A DNA stretch of 64,000 nucleotides, from assembly GCF_009914755.1 (NCBI RefSeq), contig NC_060925.1; one strand, given 5' to 3'. The DNA is from the human T2T-CHM13v2.0 reference genome, Homo sapiens. Below the pieces are notes generated by a model, which saw only the letters and a program-made list of their open reading frames with translations, did not search any database and was not told the origin of the DNA. Below are positions 12,259-27,069 of this stretch, in pieces (positions within the stretch are counted from its first letter, which is position 1; the number at the start of each line of letters is the position of its first letter). A program made the position numbers and the translations under genes.

Positions 12259-13329
12259 CCTAGAAACAGGTTTTCCCTTTCCAGACAAGGCCTGGATGTG
12301 TGGAGTGAGGATGAAGTCCCACGAAAGAATATGGAAGACAGGCACATTGAAGGGGGATATTAAGTGTCAGTGGGCAAGATGGATAACACTCTTGCTAAGC
12401 AGACAGAAGCGAAAGGAACTAACTGGCTTTGGCAAATGTGTCAAGCACTGTGTTGGGTACTTTCCTCAAAAGTGACATAGAAACTAAGGATCCAATCCAA
12501 CTAACTCTAGTGTCTCAGAGCTATAAGGCTCAATGCTAGGATTCAAGCCCAACTCTGCCTGCCCAAAGTCTATGGTATTCCCATGAAATCCATACTGTCT
12601 CTCCAGGTACTCTTGTGTCTGCCCTTTAACCACTAAGATGCCTAATATGCCTTTCTTATGTGGCTCACAATGTGGTTCCACAGTTAAAAGCCAGAATGCT
12701 ACCCCAGTTGGTCAGCCATCATGATAATATCTAAGTGTATGCGTTTTTTATATTGAAGGTTTTAAAAATGCACAGTTCAAGATCTGAGAAAGTTTTGAAA
12801 ATCATGAATTCATCAGTGCTAATGGCTTTAGGAACTATACCAAGAATGCCACCTCTCCTCCTTTCTTCTCAGCTTCTGCGAGAAGCATCCACTGACAGGA
12901 TGGGGAAGTCAGCACACTGCTAGAAGGAACAGACAGCCCCATCACTGGAGCTTAGGATCAGAGCCACATCCTTCCAGTAGCTAGAATGAAAGCTTAATCA
13001 ACATTAGGATTAGTACATCCGCACTTACAGGGGTTTGAACTCAATTAAAAATTTCAACTGGAATCTTAGCACAGGTGCTGTGAGACAGAATCTGACTGTT
13101 CTGGGCTCTCCCCCCAATTTTAGTATGTATTCCTGGAAGAAAATAGTTGGGTCAGATGGATCTGGGGCTCACTTTAGACCTTTGGTATAAAAATGTAATA
13201 AAGTTCTATTTGGAATTTCATAACGATTTAGTTAAATTATAGAATCAGCTATTTCCATAGGTCTCTTTTTCCCTCAGGCTTAGTATTTTCCTTGAATTTG
13301 ATGCCATTTTTTAAAGGGGTGGAGAAGCA

Positions 13330-13600
13330 GGGGAGGACTGGACTTGGCATCCAAAGGACTTCACACAAATTCTGGCTCCATTTACTAGCTAGATGCTCTT
13401 GGTCAAACCACTCAACCTCTCTGGGCCTTAGTTGTCTCACTTATAGACATATAGGCATAATAATAGGCATAATTATATAGGCATAATAATAGACATAATA
13501 TATATAGGCATAATAATAGACAGCTCTTCCTCAAATGATGGCTGTGATAATTTAAATGAAATAATGTTGTCTGGTATATGGCATTGCTGAACTAATAATT
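13330..13600 (+). mobile_element. MIR with internal tandem expansion
   Basis: ctagatgctcttggtcaaaccactcaacctctctgggccttagtt...tgtctggtatatgg; a 26-27-bp repeat lies at 13450-13522. Confidence 0.7.
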
Positions 13601-13869
13601 TACTTTCCTGCAAAATCTTCATTTCTGACAGGTTCTAGTAAGTTATACCATGTGACATTTCAGTCCTTTACTAGCAGACTAGGTCCTAGCCCTCAATGGT
13701 TGCTTTAATTACAAGAGCCCCATTCTGAACCCTGGGATTTTGGTTAGTTATGCTACCTGCTAGGATTTTAGATTGGTTCTGCTACCTGCCTACATTCACC
13801 AATAACCTTCTCCAGACCTGGATCCTTCTCTTGCCCTTTGGCTGGCATGTCTCTGAGATGGTATAACTT

Positions 13870-14420
13870 GGCACATCTCCAATCCATTCTTGCCACAACA
13901 GAGATATCCTTTTAAAATACAAATCTGATTCTCACTCCCTTACTCAAGGTCTCTGAGGTAAAAGATTAAAATGTATCCCACGGCCTAGAGGGACCAGCAC
14001 AATCTGGCCCCACCTACATCTCACCTACATCTCAAGTCTCATCCTCCCCTCAATATCTTTGCTTCAGCCGCATTTGTATCCTTTCAGTTAAAAAACATGC
14101 CACTTTGGCCTTCACTTTGTTCCCATTGTTCTCTTTCCTGGAGCAATTTTCTCTACCAACTTCCTTCCTGCCCCCCTTTTAAAATCAACTTATTTTTATA
14201 ACTCAGCTCAAAATCACTTCCTCAGGAGTGTAACCTTTGAATCTGGAAACCACATCAGATTTTCCTATTATTTCTCTGATAAAACTTTTCACTCATGGCA
14301 ACTTGTATGGCTTATAACTATATATTCAATTAATGCCTATCTTAACTATAAACTCCATTGAAGGCAGAGATCATGTGTTTCCTCGTCACTGTATTTTTGA
14401 CATCTGATAAGTTGTATAGC
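13870..14420 (+). mobile_element. L2 fragment
   Basis: aatccattcttgccacaacagagatatccttttaaaatacaaatctgat...ctcagctcaaaatcacttcctcagg...taaactccattgaaggcagagatcatgt. Confidence 0.75.
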
Positions 14421-16240
14421 ACTGTTGATTTTGAAAAGTGGCACTCCAACATTGCCACTCCTTTATAGGTTATCCTGGAACCAACTGTCTTGACCCACTT
14501 CTGAATCCTAATTTCCTAGAGATTCTCCAGGCTTCTAACATCGGGACTCATTTCTTTCTTTCTTTCATTCAAACCTGATAATCAATACCACTTCTTATTC
14601 TGCCACCTCAGACTTTTCTCTGATTTTATTATTGTAGATCACTTCAAGGAAAGAACACTTCCAGGCTTAGGCCTCCTGGGATGTGCTACCAGATGTGTGC
14701 CAAACTCAATGGGCAGGACTTGTCTCCTGCCAAACTTAAATATATTGATCTATAACTGGAGGACTGGAATCATCTAGCCCTCGTTTTTCTAGGCCTAGAT
14801 CTCTGTCTGGTCTTTCTGGAGTGTCCCTTTAGCCAGATCAACATTTTTAGGCCCCTTTTACCTAGCTTGCTGTACTTGGGCCCAAATACGATCACATACA
14901 GAAAGGAGCTTTGTAAACTTGAAAAGATTAGACACGTGTAAGGGATTAAGGGCTTAGTTCAGCCTCCCTTTCAATTCATAACTAGGCTTCTGCTTGGCAC
15001 GCTCTGCCATCTGGAGAAATTTTCTACTTTTTTCTTCCCCAATGACAGTTCTAACTCTTTTCTCTCTGTTCCTTCTCCTGCACTGGCATAGCTAGAACAG
15101 GGTTTTAGTTGTTGTTGTTTTGAATGGCAGATCCATTGCTATTAAGCCAGTATGGTCCCTCATCTTTAAGTTTTTGTTGACTCCCTATATGATTTGCCAC
15201 CATAAAGCTGCACAATAGCAACCTAGATAGCCAATACCATTTTAGCAACTTACATCTTGATATGAGCTAAATAATTCATGCTCACAGTTACTTTAGGATG
15301 AAGAATAATAGCACAAAATGACTTGCTCTATAACCTTGGGCAGATCCTCTTCCATTTCTGAGCCTCAAATTCCTCATCTGTAGGATAAGGAGTTAGATGA
15401 GTAAATGCTCACGTGCTGATTAAAACAGATCACACATTTAAGAGGGCTTGTATATGGCATGTCATAAATATTTTGTCACTACCATTTTTTAATCTAACTC
15501 CATCACTCTACAAAACAGAAATGGAAGTACATGGAGGTTCATTCACTCATTCATTCATTCATTCAATCAGTCGTTCTATAATGATTTGTTAGATGTCTTT
15601 TATGGGTCCTGCAGGCACTATGGCAGCATCTAAGTGACTTACCCAAGGTTGCACAGCAATCTCATGGCAGATGTGGGATATCAACAATAACAATGGCTAT
15701 TATTTGTTGAGGGCTCACTATAAAACTAGCACTTGCTAAGTATTTTATATAGTCTAATTTAATTCTCAGAAATTGTTCCCTGTATTTTTTATGATAACAA
15801 AATTGAGCCCCAAAAACTTAAGTGCCATCTCAATGATTTTTACTCAAATATTTCTCCAAATGGTTGCATAGGTACCAAAAGATGACACTGAGATATAGAA
15901 ACTAATATATGGTGAACTAAAAATGATCTTGGTTATCAGTTTTCAAAAACAAGTTAAGCAAAATCTCTAATACTAAAGCATGAGGTGCCATGTTTAAAGA
16001 TTTGCAAAGTTGGTAGGCAACAACATGACAGGATTGGGAGCTAGACAAATTCTTTCAGCCATAAAAATGACAGCTATTGTACAAATAAACCAGTTACTAA
16101 ATGGACAGAAACACTCTTCCTCCATGTACCCTCTCACTTCATTCAGGTCTCTGTTCAAATGTGACCTACTTAGAGATCTTTCTCTGTCCACCCTATCTCA
16201 AGTAGCCCTTAACCTTCTCTATCTCTTATACTGCTGCATT

Positions 16241-16549
16241 TTTCTTTTCTTTCTTTCTCTTTCTCTCTCTTTTTTTTTGAGACACAGTTTTGTTCTGTCA
16301 CCCAGGCTTGAGTGCAGTGGTGTGATCATGACTAACTGCAGCCTTGTTCTCCAGTGCTCAAATGGTCCTTAGACCTCAGCCTTCGGAGTAGCTGGAACTA
16401 AAGGCGTGTGCCACCACACCTAATTATTTGTAGATAACGGGGTTTTTCCATGTTGACCAGCCTGGTCTTGAATTCCAGGGCTCAAGCGATCTGCCAGCTT
16501 CGGCTTCCTGAAGTGCTGGGATTACAGGCATGAGTCACTGTGCCTGGCC
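16241..16549 (-). mobile_element. AluJ inserted into an L2 fragment (~16120-16630, +)
   Basis: J-type diagnostics (gtgatcatgactaactgcagcc, gggctcaagcgatc); degraded target duplication ctgctgcattttt / ctgtggcattttt. Confidence 0.92.
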
Positions 16550-18019
16550 TCTGTGGCATTTTTTTCTTCACAGCATCTGAAACCGTATTATTTATGGTTT
16601 ATTTGTTCATTTGTTGGCTGAGTGACTGAACGAATGTGGTTACCTTCCTTTCCTCCTGGCTCCCATTCTGGTGCTCTTCTCCCTGCATGCAAAATCAGCC
16701 CATCCTTCCCAGGAAAGAGTATGGGAGTGAGTCTCCAGAAAGCTAGGTTTCCTGTCTGACTCCCCAAAGAGACTCTAAGGTTCTGCTGCATCCACTCAGG
16801 ATGGTCCCTCTCTCCACCTGAGCAGTATGCAGTGGGAATCCTGCCAGCACCAGAGGAGGCTGCCTGCCTTCTTCTGGCCTGATTGCTTCTTGGTTACCCC
16901 AGGGCAGAGATGAAACAGAGATAGGTATGCAGGATGGTACAGCATGTCTTCCCTGAAAGAAAAGCTTTGCAAGTTTAATTAAACCCTAGTAATTTTCATA
17001 GACCACAGGTTGAAGAAGGAAAACTGTGTTCTTGGAGCTTTTCCTACCCTTAAAAAAATGTGTTCCTTTAGTCTAGTTTTGATTTCCCGTGTAAAAGGGT
17101 CATGAAATTAATGGAAAGGAAATGCCCAGGAAAGGAAAGATGCTGTTACTCGTTGAATTTGAAAGAATATGGGGATGATATTTCTGATCATATTTTTGGC
17201 TGTCAAAAGACCAGAGATGCTCTTTTAATGGTATAAGGACAAAAAGTTTTTCTTTTTGCAGACTTGCCAGAAATGAGACCCAGGAGAAAGGCATTGTTTC
17301 CTGCAATTACACAGTTGCCAGGGAAACTGTGTATGGAAGTTAGCCTAAGTGCAAGTAAAAAAATGAAGCATCTCATAAATTGTTATAAGATTATTTTGAA
17401 AAGTCTGGGCCAATCATGGCATAGAGTGACCCTTGTAGAACTGTAAGGATTTCTTAGCTGTGGCAGGAAATCACACTTAAAGGTTACCTTTCTGCTGTGA
17501 ACCTCTTTAATGAATGTTTTTCTAGGAGTGAAAGTCTTCAGGTAATTTTTTTTTACACAACTCCATCACCAAAAACAAAACAAAACAAAACAAAAATAAA
17601 CAACCAACTAACCGGAAACAATGTTTGACTGTAGTCTAGAGAAACAGGTAAAAACACACACACACACACACCTTTGGGAAACAGTATTTGGTAATCTTAC
17701 ATGTCAGAAAAAGACTTCATTTTTTTCCTCTTTACTATTTTTTTCCTTTTACCTCTTTGTTTATGCAAAGATTATATGTGGTTTGCTTTAAAGAAAGGCC
17801 TGAACTAGTATCAATTATTTCAAATATATTACCATCCCTGAGACTCAGTTCTCCTTTCTATAAAATAGAGTTAATCATAGTCTCTACCTTCCATGGTTAT
17901 TCTGAAAATGAAATAAAGATATATATGTGTGTGTGTACATATGTGTATGTGTATTTGTTTGTATATATACACATATATATGGTATTTATCATATGGTAGA
18001 TGTTCAAGAAATACCTAGA

Positions 18020-18335
18020 AAATCTTAGAGATCATTTAGTTTAGCCTCCTACTTAGTGCAGATAATTTCTTTTAAAATACAATGGCCATCCAACTTTGCC
18101 TTAAACTCATCCAGAGACAGGAAGCTCACTACCTTACAAGGCAGCCCATATCATATCAAGAAGTCAGACAGCTGACTTTTATTTTTTTAGTTGGGATCTG
18201 CTCCCTATAGCTTTTATTCATCAGACATGATGGCTTGTGGAAACACATGGAATAAATCTATTCCCTTGACCCTGCAAAAGTATCATCCATGTCTTCTTGA
18301 GTCCAAATAACCCCATTCCTACAACTAGCTCTATA
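18020..18335 (-). mobile_element. L3/CR1 fragment
   Basis: ccagagacaggaagctcactaccttacaaggcagccca...aataaatctattccc...aaataaccccattcc is characteristic of antisense L3. Confidence 0.65.
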
Positions 18336-19085
18336 TCCTAATAATAGGCAGCTCTGTGTGACCCTAAGCAAGTTACTTCACATCTCTAACCTTCGGTTTC
18401 CAGCCATTAAATGGAGATAGTAATTTTTTTCCTGTTTCTCTGTCAGGCCTCTGCTAAAGATCAAAATGAAATGCTAGATGGGAAACTTTTAGAAAGTGTA
18501 ACATACCACACACATTAACTAGTATTTATTATTACTTCTTCCCAATCATCTCCACTTAACCTTGCCCAAAGGGAGCAATTGGTTCTGTTTGGGACAGTGA
18601 AAAGAGTTGGACTTTCTTTGCTTAAGCTCTGCCCTGTATAGTCCCAAGGCCTGAAAACTGATTTGCATCTTCTTGGTTCCCCTTGCTGCTTTCTTAGCAT
18701 GAGCCCTTGCCTCTCTCCCCAGGTTCCCTCGTTGACGTTGCTCACCCATTTAGTTAAATGCTGTTTTGACGAGGTAGCCTATTTTGGTAAGTGCCTCTGG
18801 GGAGCTACAGAAAGGTTTAATTCCCATTCTTTTCCCTAATGTTTATCTAATGGTAAGGGATTGAGAATAGGTTTGATATCTCTGGAGACTCTAGGCTGAA
18901 TGATTCAATAATGCACGTGTCTAGGGGCTGGCTGAGAGACTTAGCTTTCTGAAGAGAGGAGAGGGCAGGTTGAAGACGCTCAGCTATTATAGCAGGAGGG
19001 GTGTCACTCATCAGGATGTATCCCAAGGGCTTAGTAAGGGGCAGCATGAATGAACTAGAGCATGTGGTGATCAGGATAGCAAGGC

Positions 19086-19197
19086 AGGGTGACCACATGT
19101 CTCAGTATGTATATCTGTTGTCCCACTGTGATTATTAATGCTATCACCTTTCACTCTCTAAAGTGAAATTGGGAGGATATATTACATGTCCACTTTA
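19086..19197 (+). mobile_element. MER94 hAT-Blackjack MITE
   Basis: agggtgaccacatgtc...ctgttgtcccactgtgattattaatgctatcacctttcactctctaaagtg matches MER94. Confidence 0.7.
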
Positions 19198-19244
19198 GAC
19201 ATAGAAAGGATACTTGGTGGATATCTAGGTCCTTTCTGTTCAGC

Positions 19245-19560
19245 TTCAGACCCAAATACACAACGGTATGCTAGACATCACCACCCAGATGTTCCCCAGT
19301 CATCTCAAACTCAAAGTAAACTATTATCTTCCCCCAACATGCTCTTCCTCCAGAATTCCTTATCCCAGGAAAGGGCATCACCACCCACCTGGTTCCTTAA
19401 GCCAGAAACCCAGGAGGTCTCTGAGATTTTAATTACCCTCATCCCTACAACCAGTCTCCATAGAATCCTTCAGACCATTCCCCTCCTTTCTATTCCCACG
19501 GCTGCTGCCTTAGTTCTGAGTCTCATTCTTTCTCCAGGATGCCTAAAACTTTAATTTGGT
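19245..19560 (+). mobile_element. L2 fragment
   Basis: gctagacatcaccacccagatgttcccc...catctcaaactcaa...aagccagaaacccaggaggtc. Confidence 0.75.
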
Positions 19561-20416
19561 GTTGTTCTATTCAGTCCCTGGCTCCAAGTCTTTTAAGATC
19601 CTCTGTCCTTTGTTATACTAGCCATCTCTTCAAGTTTCTTTGTATGATCATGCTTTTGGTGTACTTACCTAACTCAATGAGCCCTGTACCTTGTCTCTAG
19701 AAGTCAAACTTCTACTTCATATTTTCAGTCGTTCATTCATTCATTCAACAAAGATATTGAAAAGTTCTGAGAGTACAAATGTATCAAAATTATAGAGACA
19801 ATCAATTTTGGTTATAGCCTGCTGAGCAATTAGGAAGACATGAATTTGTACCAATGTCTACTGTACTTTAGATTCAAATCCACTTTCCACTTAATATCCC
19901 AGTGTTATTTCCAAAATATGCATTTCACTATGCCACGCTGCTGTTTAAAACACTCCAATATATTTCCATTGGCTATGGATATGTTTCAATATGGAGGAAT
20001 TCCCACTAAAATAACATCCTGCCTGCCACCCTACTCACCCCTTCCCTTACCAGAGTGTCTTTAAGGGGTGGGGTAAATTGTCCAATGGTGACAGTGGGAA
20101 AATAGAGCTTTATGCTCCCTTTTCTCTGAAATCAGTCTACCTACAAACAGCATACACTCAGTTCTGCTGTCTGTGCTCTGCCGCACTGCTGCTCGTTATT
20201 GGCAAGGGGAGGTAGGTTTCTAGAGTTCAGTATTTGTTGCCACCCACTTCAACGATGCTCTCTAATCTAGCTTTTCTAAGTGGTAATTTACCTGACTTCA
20301 TCTCTCAGTTGGGTCTGATCTTGGATAGAGAGCAGAGGTATAATTCATTGAGTTCCTCAAACCCCAACATGCAAGAAAATGTCAAGTTACCTGGTTTTGT
20401 AAACAAGTAGAAGATG

Positions 20417-21017
<601 letters not shown>

Positions 21018-21449
21018 GTACAAGAAATCTACTGCCTTCTGTTTTTGTAAAGTAAAGAGCATTTCCCTTTCTACAGTTTCTCGGTATCCTTCCTCTCCTT
21101 AGGTAGGCAACTTTGGAAAGCCACCCTCTATGATGACAATCCACAGGCCAGGCAAAGCTTCACGGAGATAATGTCTGAGACCAAAAGAGACATGAAAAGC
21201 CAGTTGGAAGCAGTTTGGTTACAGGAGTACTGTTTGATTGGCAACTGCAATGGGCCCTTACAGTCCCCTCAGCTCCACACAGCTCAGAAGAACTGCACTC
21301 TGATGGTTGATTGTAACACTGAAGCAGCTTTGAGTTCTTGAGGAAGGCTTGAGTACTTGCTGGCATTGAAGTAGCCACCCCAATCTGGCTATGACATTTT
21401 CTTGGCTACATGGTGAGAATGAATCATCCCGGTCTTATTTGCAAATAAT

Positions 21450-22050
21450 AGTAAAAGGGCATTTTACGGTTTGTTTGCAAAGATCTTTTTCCTTTATTTA
21501 TTTCATATTATCAGAAAACCATGCTAAGTGCACAAAATTACCCTATTTTATGGATGGAGAAACTCAGTCAGGTTAAGTGACTTTCTCAAGGTTCTTCAGC
21601 AAGTTTGAGGAAAAACTTGGAAAATCCCCTCAGAATTAATCAGAATTGTAAGGGCAATTGGGAATCTCCCTTAATGATAACTTCAAAATCTAGCATCTTT
21701 TATACCCATGAAGAACTTTGTCCTCTTGAAAATACAAAATATCACAACTGAAAGGGGCCTCAGCAAACATATCATCCAATCTTCTTCCTTGACAGACAGG
21801 TAAATCAAGGCCGGAAGTAAGAATGTGACTTTCCTGATATCTTGAAGTGAGGCTGGCAGACATAGTACTTGAATCTAAGCATCCAATTTCCATCTAGGCC
21901 GTTTCTATTAAAGCTGCCTGCAGAAAGTATAAGCCCATTGTGCAGATGAGAATATTAACCTCAGAGAAGTAAAGTATATTGCTCAAGATGCCATGACTGG
22001 AGAATGGTAGAGCTATGATTAGCTTTAGAGTCAGATGATGACACTTGGCT
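21450..22050 (-). mobile_element. Three antisense MIR/MIR3 fragments
   Basis: ttttatggatggagaaactcag...ggttaagtgactttctcaagg; atcacaactgaaaggggcctcag; cagatgagaatattaacctcagagaagtaaag. Confidence 0.65.
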
Positions 22051-22649
22051 GAATTGGTGGGAGTTATTATTATAATAACCAACACCACTCCACTGGATGG
22101 CTTTGTAGCCATCATAAAATCAGGCCATCAGTGATTCAGCTTCATTATTAGTCAGTTTCATAGATTTTTTCTTCCTTTGTTACTAGTGTTTTCATTGTGT
22201 GACATGCCTTCAAAAAAATAAGGTATATACAGACCCTAGACTCTGATTATGGGTTTCAAGTATATGCTGTTTCTCCATGACATTCACTAACTGCTACCCC
22301 AGAGCCCGGGATCTGTTAAGTTGCCTGCAAACATTTGACATTTGAAAGTGTTTTTTTTCCTCTTTTTTTCTTTTGTAATCAATAAATCACTTTTGATGAC
22401 TTTAATGGAAATAAAATAACCAAATAAAATCAGGCTTCAGCACATTATTGCCTAATTATGAATTTCACATTTTTGACAGTAAAATGGAGGCTTGTCAGAC
22501 TCAAAAAGCAGGCAACTGCTATAAAATTTTAACCATGTCTCTGGGGCTAGAACCCAGGTCCTTAGGAAATCACTGCTGTTACCTTCCATACCCACTACTG
22601 CTTTGGATTCTTAGTCTCTTTGGGACATTTCTAATCCCTTAAGCATTCC

Positions 22650-22870
22650 AGAGCACAGGAGTGGGAGCCAAACAGACCTGGGTTTTAATTGCAGTTCTTC
22701 GACTTATCAGCAGGGTGCTTTGGAGTAAGTAACCTAACTTCTCTGAGTCTCAATTTCCTCATTCCTAATATTGGGACTATAATATCTACATCCTACAATT
22801 ACTGAAAGGATTAAAAATAAAGTACTGAAGGTGTATGGTTCATGGTAGGCATTCAAGAAGTATTGCTTTC
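22650..22870 (+). mobile_element. MIR
   Basis: gagcacaggagtgggagccaaacagacctgggttttaatt...taacctaacttctctgagtctcaatttcctcat. Confidence 0.8.
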
Positions 22871-22974
22871 CCTTCTCTGTTTAAGTGATTTACCAATATA
22901 GATATGCTATCAACCAAAATGTTTGGGCCTTATGCAAACAAAGCACTGGCGTCTTACCTGCCTATTCTGGCACA

Positions 22975-23990
22975 TAACTCAATCATCTGCTCAACAAATA
23001 TTAATGTCTACTATGTGCCAGGCTCTGTGCTATGCTGTGCACCTTATCCAGTGGTAAAAACAAACAAATATGATCCCTGCCATCACGGAGTTATACCCTA
23101 ATGAAAGAGACAGAGATTAAATAAGTATATAAAATATGTAATTATACATTGTAATAAGTACTATAAAGGGGGGAACACAGCGTTCTATGACAATAGGATA
23201 ATCTACTTTCTTTAGAAGGAGTAGTTGGGGATGGCTTCTCTGAGGAGGTGACATTTAAACGGGAATGATAAGAAGTCAGCAAAGAGAAGAGATAAAAGAC
23301 TATTCCAAGTCAGGAACCCAGCAGCTGTGAAGGCCTGAGAAGCTGATATTAGGGCATCTTTCAGATCCAGCCCTCTGTCTATCCCCACAGACTTCTACAT
23401 CCCGAAATAAATTGGGCATTTGTATATGTACGTAACTTTGCATATACTCTTTTCTCTGCCCCTAAAGCCCTTCTCCCAGTTCTCTATTTGGAACGCCAAA
23501 CTCCAAGTATCACATTTCAAAGAACCCTTAATTAATCTCCCCAAAGCAGATCTAATGCCTCTCCTTTTGTTTTCCCCCAATATTTGTGTTTAACTTCATA
23601 ATATGTGGTAATAAGTACATCATGCCTGTTACTGAACACTTACCCTGTGCCATAGACTGTGCTAAGTGTCTTACCTGAATTATCACATTTAATCTTCAAG
23701 GAAGCCCAGTGGAGGAGCGACTAGTATCATCACCCCCTTTTTACAGAAAAATACTTTGAAGTTGACTTACCCTGACTGTCAGAGGCAGAGTCTGGATTTG
23801 AACTTTAGGTCTTTTGCCTCCAAAACCTGAACTCTTAAACTCCTGTGCTATGCTAGAGCAACATCTCTTTATGTCTTTTCCCCATTGGACCCTGAGATTC
23901 CTGAGGGTGGGTTTTTGTGTGATTCATCAGTATATACTTAGCACACAGAACAATTCCTGGCACAAAGGAGTTAACTATTTGCTAAAAGAA
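22975..23990. mobile_element. L2 (-, ~22975-23340), MIR (-, ~23620-23850) and L2 (+, ~23860-23990) fragments
   Basis: tcaacaaatattaatgtctactatgtgccaggctctgtgc; gtgctaagtgtcttacctgaattatcacatttaatc; ctgagattcctgagggtggg...cctggcaca. Confidence 0.75.
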
Positions 23991-24573
23991 TGTCTTGGCA
24001 ATTACAGATCCTGACTGATAAAGACAAAATCACATAACGTGTAGACAGGTCTGTCCCTTCAGCCTTCAGGCACAGCCTGTACTGTGGCCTCTGCTGATCT
24101 GATTTGTACAGCGATTGACAGGCTGGGTCCCTCTCCTTCAGTCCCGTTAATGGCATTAGCATCTAGTCAATAATGCTCAGCATTTCATTTTAGCACTTTA
24201 ATTAACAAATTCAATTTGTTCAAACTGCTGTGAAAACAAATTAAAAGCTCAAGAAAGGGGCCTCCAGGAGGGGGAGGAAAGGCAGGGGCTCTGTAAGTAT
24301 TAGGCTGGATGTTGATCTGCTCTTTGGAGGTTAAAGGCTGGACATTGCCCTTCAGCCATCTTCCTATCCCTGACGCAACTGAATGCCTCCGTGATATAGC
24401 CAAGATGAAGCAAATCAGCTTCTGTACCTTCTAGGTTTGTCCTTTCCCTCTCCATGTAGGCAAGTGGGGGCCCCACTCTGCCCTTCAGGTTTGCTCTCCT
24501 TCTTCAAAGAGGGCATTCTGCTTTGGATCTGAATTCAACAATGACAACATTAATAATGAACAGCTTCCTCATT

Positions 24574-24786
24574 TAGTGATTCTAAACCAGGGATAATTTT
24601 AACCCACAGCGGACATCTGATAATATCTGGAGATATTTTTAGTTATCACAACTAGGAGGAGGGTGCCACTGGCATCTAGTGGGTGGCCACAATGCTGCTA
24701 AACATCCTACAATGCACAGGACAGACCACCTCACCAAAGAATTATCTGGCGCAAAATGTCGATAGTGCTGAGGTTGCAAAACCCTG
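24574..24786 (+). mobile_element. MER20
   Basis: ggacatctgataatatctggagatatttttagttatcacaact...ggcatctagtgggt...aaacatcctacaatgcacaggacag...aaaccctg. Confidence 0.92.
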
Positions 24787-24864
24787 TTCTAGTCCCTTTA
24801 CAGTTTTCCAGGAACCCTTGGTGACTGCAATGTCCTTGTGAGATAAGCAGGTTGGAGACTGCTA

Positions 24865-25173
<309 letters not shown>

Positions 25174-27069
25174 TCAAAGTACACAGTAAGTAGTAGTGAT
25201 GAGACCAGAACTAGATCCTTTCACCACCTCTAGTTGAATTAAAAGAGTGGAAAGCACCCTTTGTAGGCTACAAGTAGTGTTTTGGGAAATGAAAATGGTT
25301 TACAGATATGTGCCTGTCCCCTACATATTTCTTAAGAAACAGACACTGGCCAGGGTACTTACCCATTTGATAGGCTGTCTAGGTTTGGTGGCACCAGACC
25401 TGGGAAAAGGTGCTTATGATGAGTGAAGCTGGGAAACTTCCTCCTGCCTCCTACCCTCAACGGTTATATCCAAAGACTGCAAATCAGTGACAAACTTTTA
25501 AATAGAAGGCAGCTACTGAAAAGTTCAGCTTGCTCTCAATCATTGGTTATTCCAACCCTGAGATTCAATTGTCCTTTCTATCTTAGAAAGCAAGAAGGGT
25601 TAAGTAAAGTCAGAGCTACATATGAGTTTTGTGGTGAGCAAAAATCAAAACCAAAACTTAACATTTGAACCTTTTCAGGGGTTCTGACAAATACACAGAC
25701 ATATTAGATAAATTGGGAAAGGAGGGGAGTGGGCAGGCAGAGAAAGGGGAGAAAAGAGAAAAAGAAGAAAGGAGGAAGGGAATCTGATGTAAGTTATTGC
25801 AGAGGATCAATAGAAGCTTCAGAGAAAATGTGTCCAAAGGGAAGAGTCCAGCAGAATGAAGCAGCCATGGACCCTGAACATCAGAGGGCAGTGGTGGCTC
25901 CTAGTATAGTGAATATCAGATACTCTGGCAGCCTGAGCATATGACCCAGATTAATAGCTCTGAGTGTGTGAATCAAAAGAGATGGATCACTAAATTCTGT
26001 AACACTTTGGAACCCAAGGTGTTTGCTGTGGGACACTATTGAAGTGAGCATAACAAGAAGGGCACTTTGTGGGAAGAAGTGTTCTCTAGGGAGTTAATTT
26101 CTGGCACTGGGATACAGGATTGGCCTGTTACTTTCATTTCAATAGGTCACAATTTTCCAGCTCTTAAGATAATGGCAATGAACACAACACTCAAAGGAAT
26201 AAAGTTTCAGCCTAGAAGTAGTTCCCAGGTAGACTAAGGCCTAGGATTACAAAGTGCCAGCTGAGTTTTTGTAGTGGCCAGTAGTAACCACAAGGAGTGT
26301 ATAAACACTTGTAAGACTCCTTGGGATCCTTTAAGCTGTGTGGGGAAGAGCAATATTGTAAAAGACTAAATTTCCTGCTATGACAGGTAAGGGTACAGTG
26401 ATGCAGAAATACAGTTAATAATGTTCTTGTGACCTCAGTGATATTAACAAGGTGATGAATTTAGGTTTTTTCATGTTATCTCATTTCATCCTCATTACAA
26501 TATACAAGCTTGTTTTATTCTCTCCATTTTCAAAGTGGAACTCAAAGAGGTTAAGTTGCTTACTCAAAGTCATGTAAGAGTTGGGATTTGAAGCAGGATC
26601 TGTGATTCTAAAGAACAAGCTGTTTGTATCATACAAAGTCAGGACCTCTTATGAGGAAAAATGAATAGTGGCCAGAAGGGCCCAAGTCTCTTCATCTGGT
26701 TTCAACCCACTTTCCAATGCCTTTTTCTCTTGCCCGTGCAAACCATGGGACCTCTGGAGACAAGCAAATGACTATTTTTCTTTTGTGAGGACTGTTCTAT
26801 AAAGTCAACAAAGCATGTTTCCAAGTTAGTAATCATAGATATAGTCCACATAGGAAAGCCTGAAAGTTGCCATTATAAACTCCAAGGATGACAAATCTCC
26901 TGCTCCTTGCCCAGAGAAAAGCAGGTCTTTGATGCAAGAAAAGAGATACTGAGAAGGTGCCTTTGAAAAGACAAAGGCCTACTGAAGGACTCTCTGCAGA
27001 AATACCCCCATTCCTCCAATCGTCTACTTAGAGCCATATGTTGAATTATTGTGGTGGGGGGGGGGTTGT

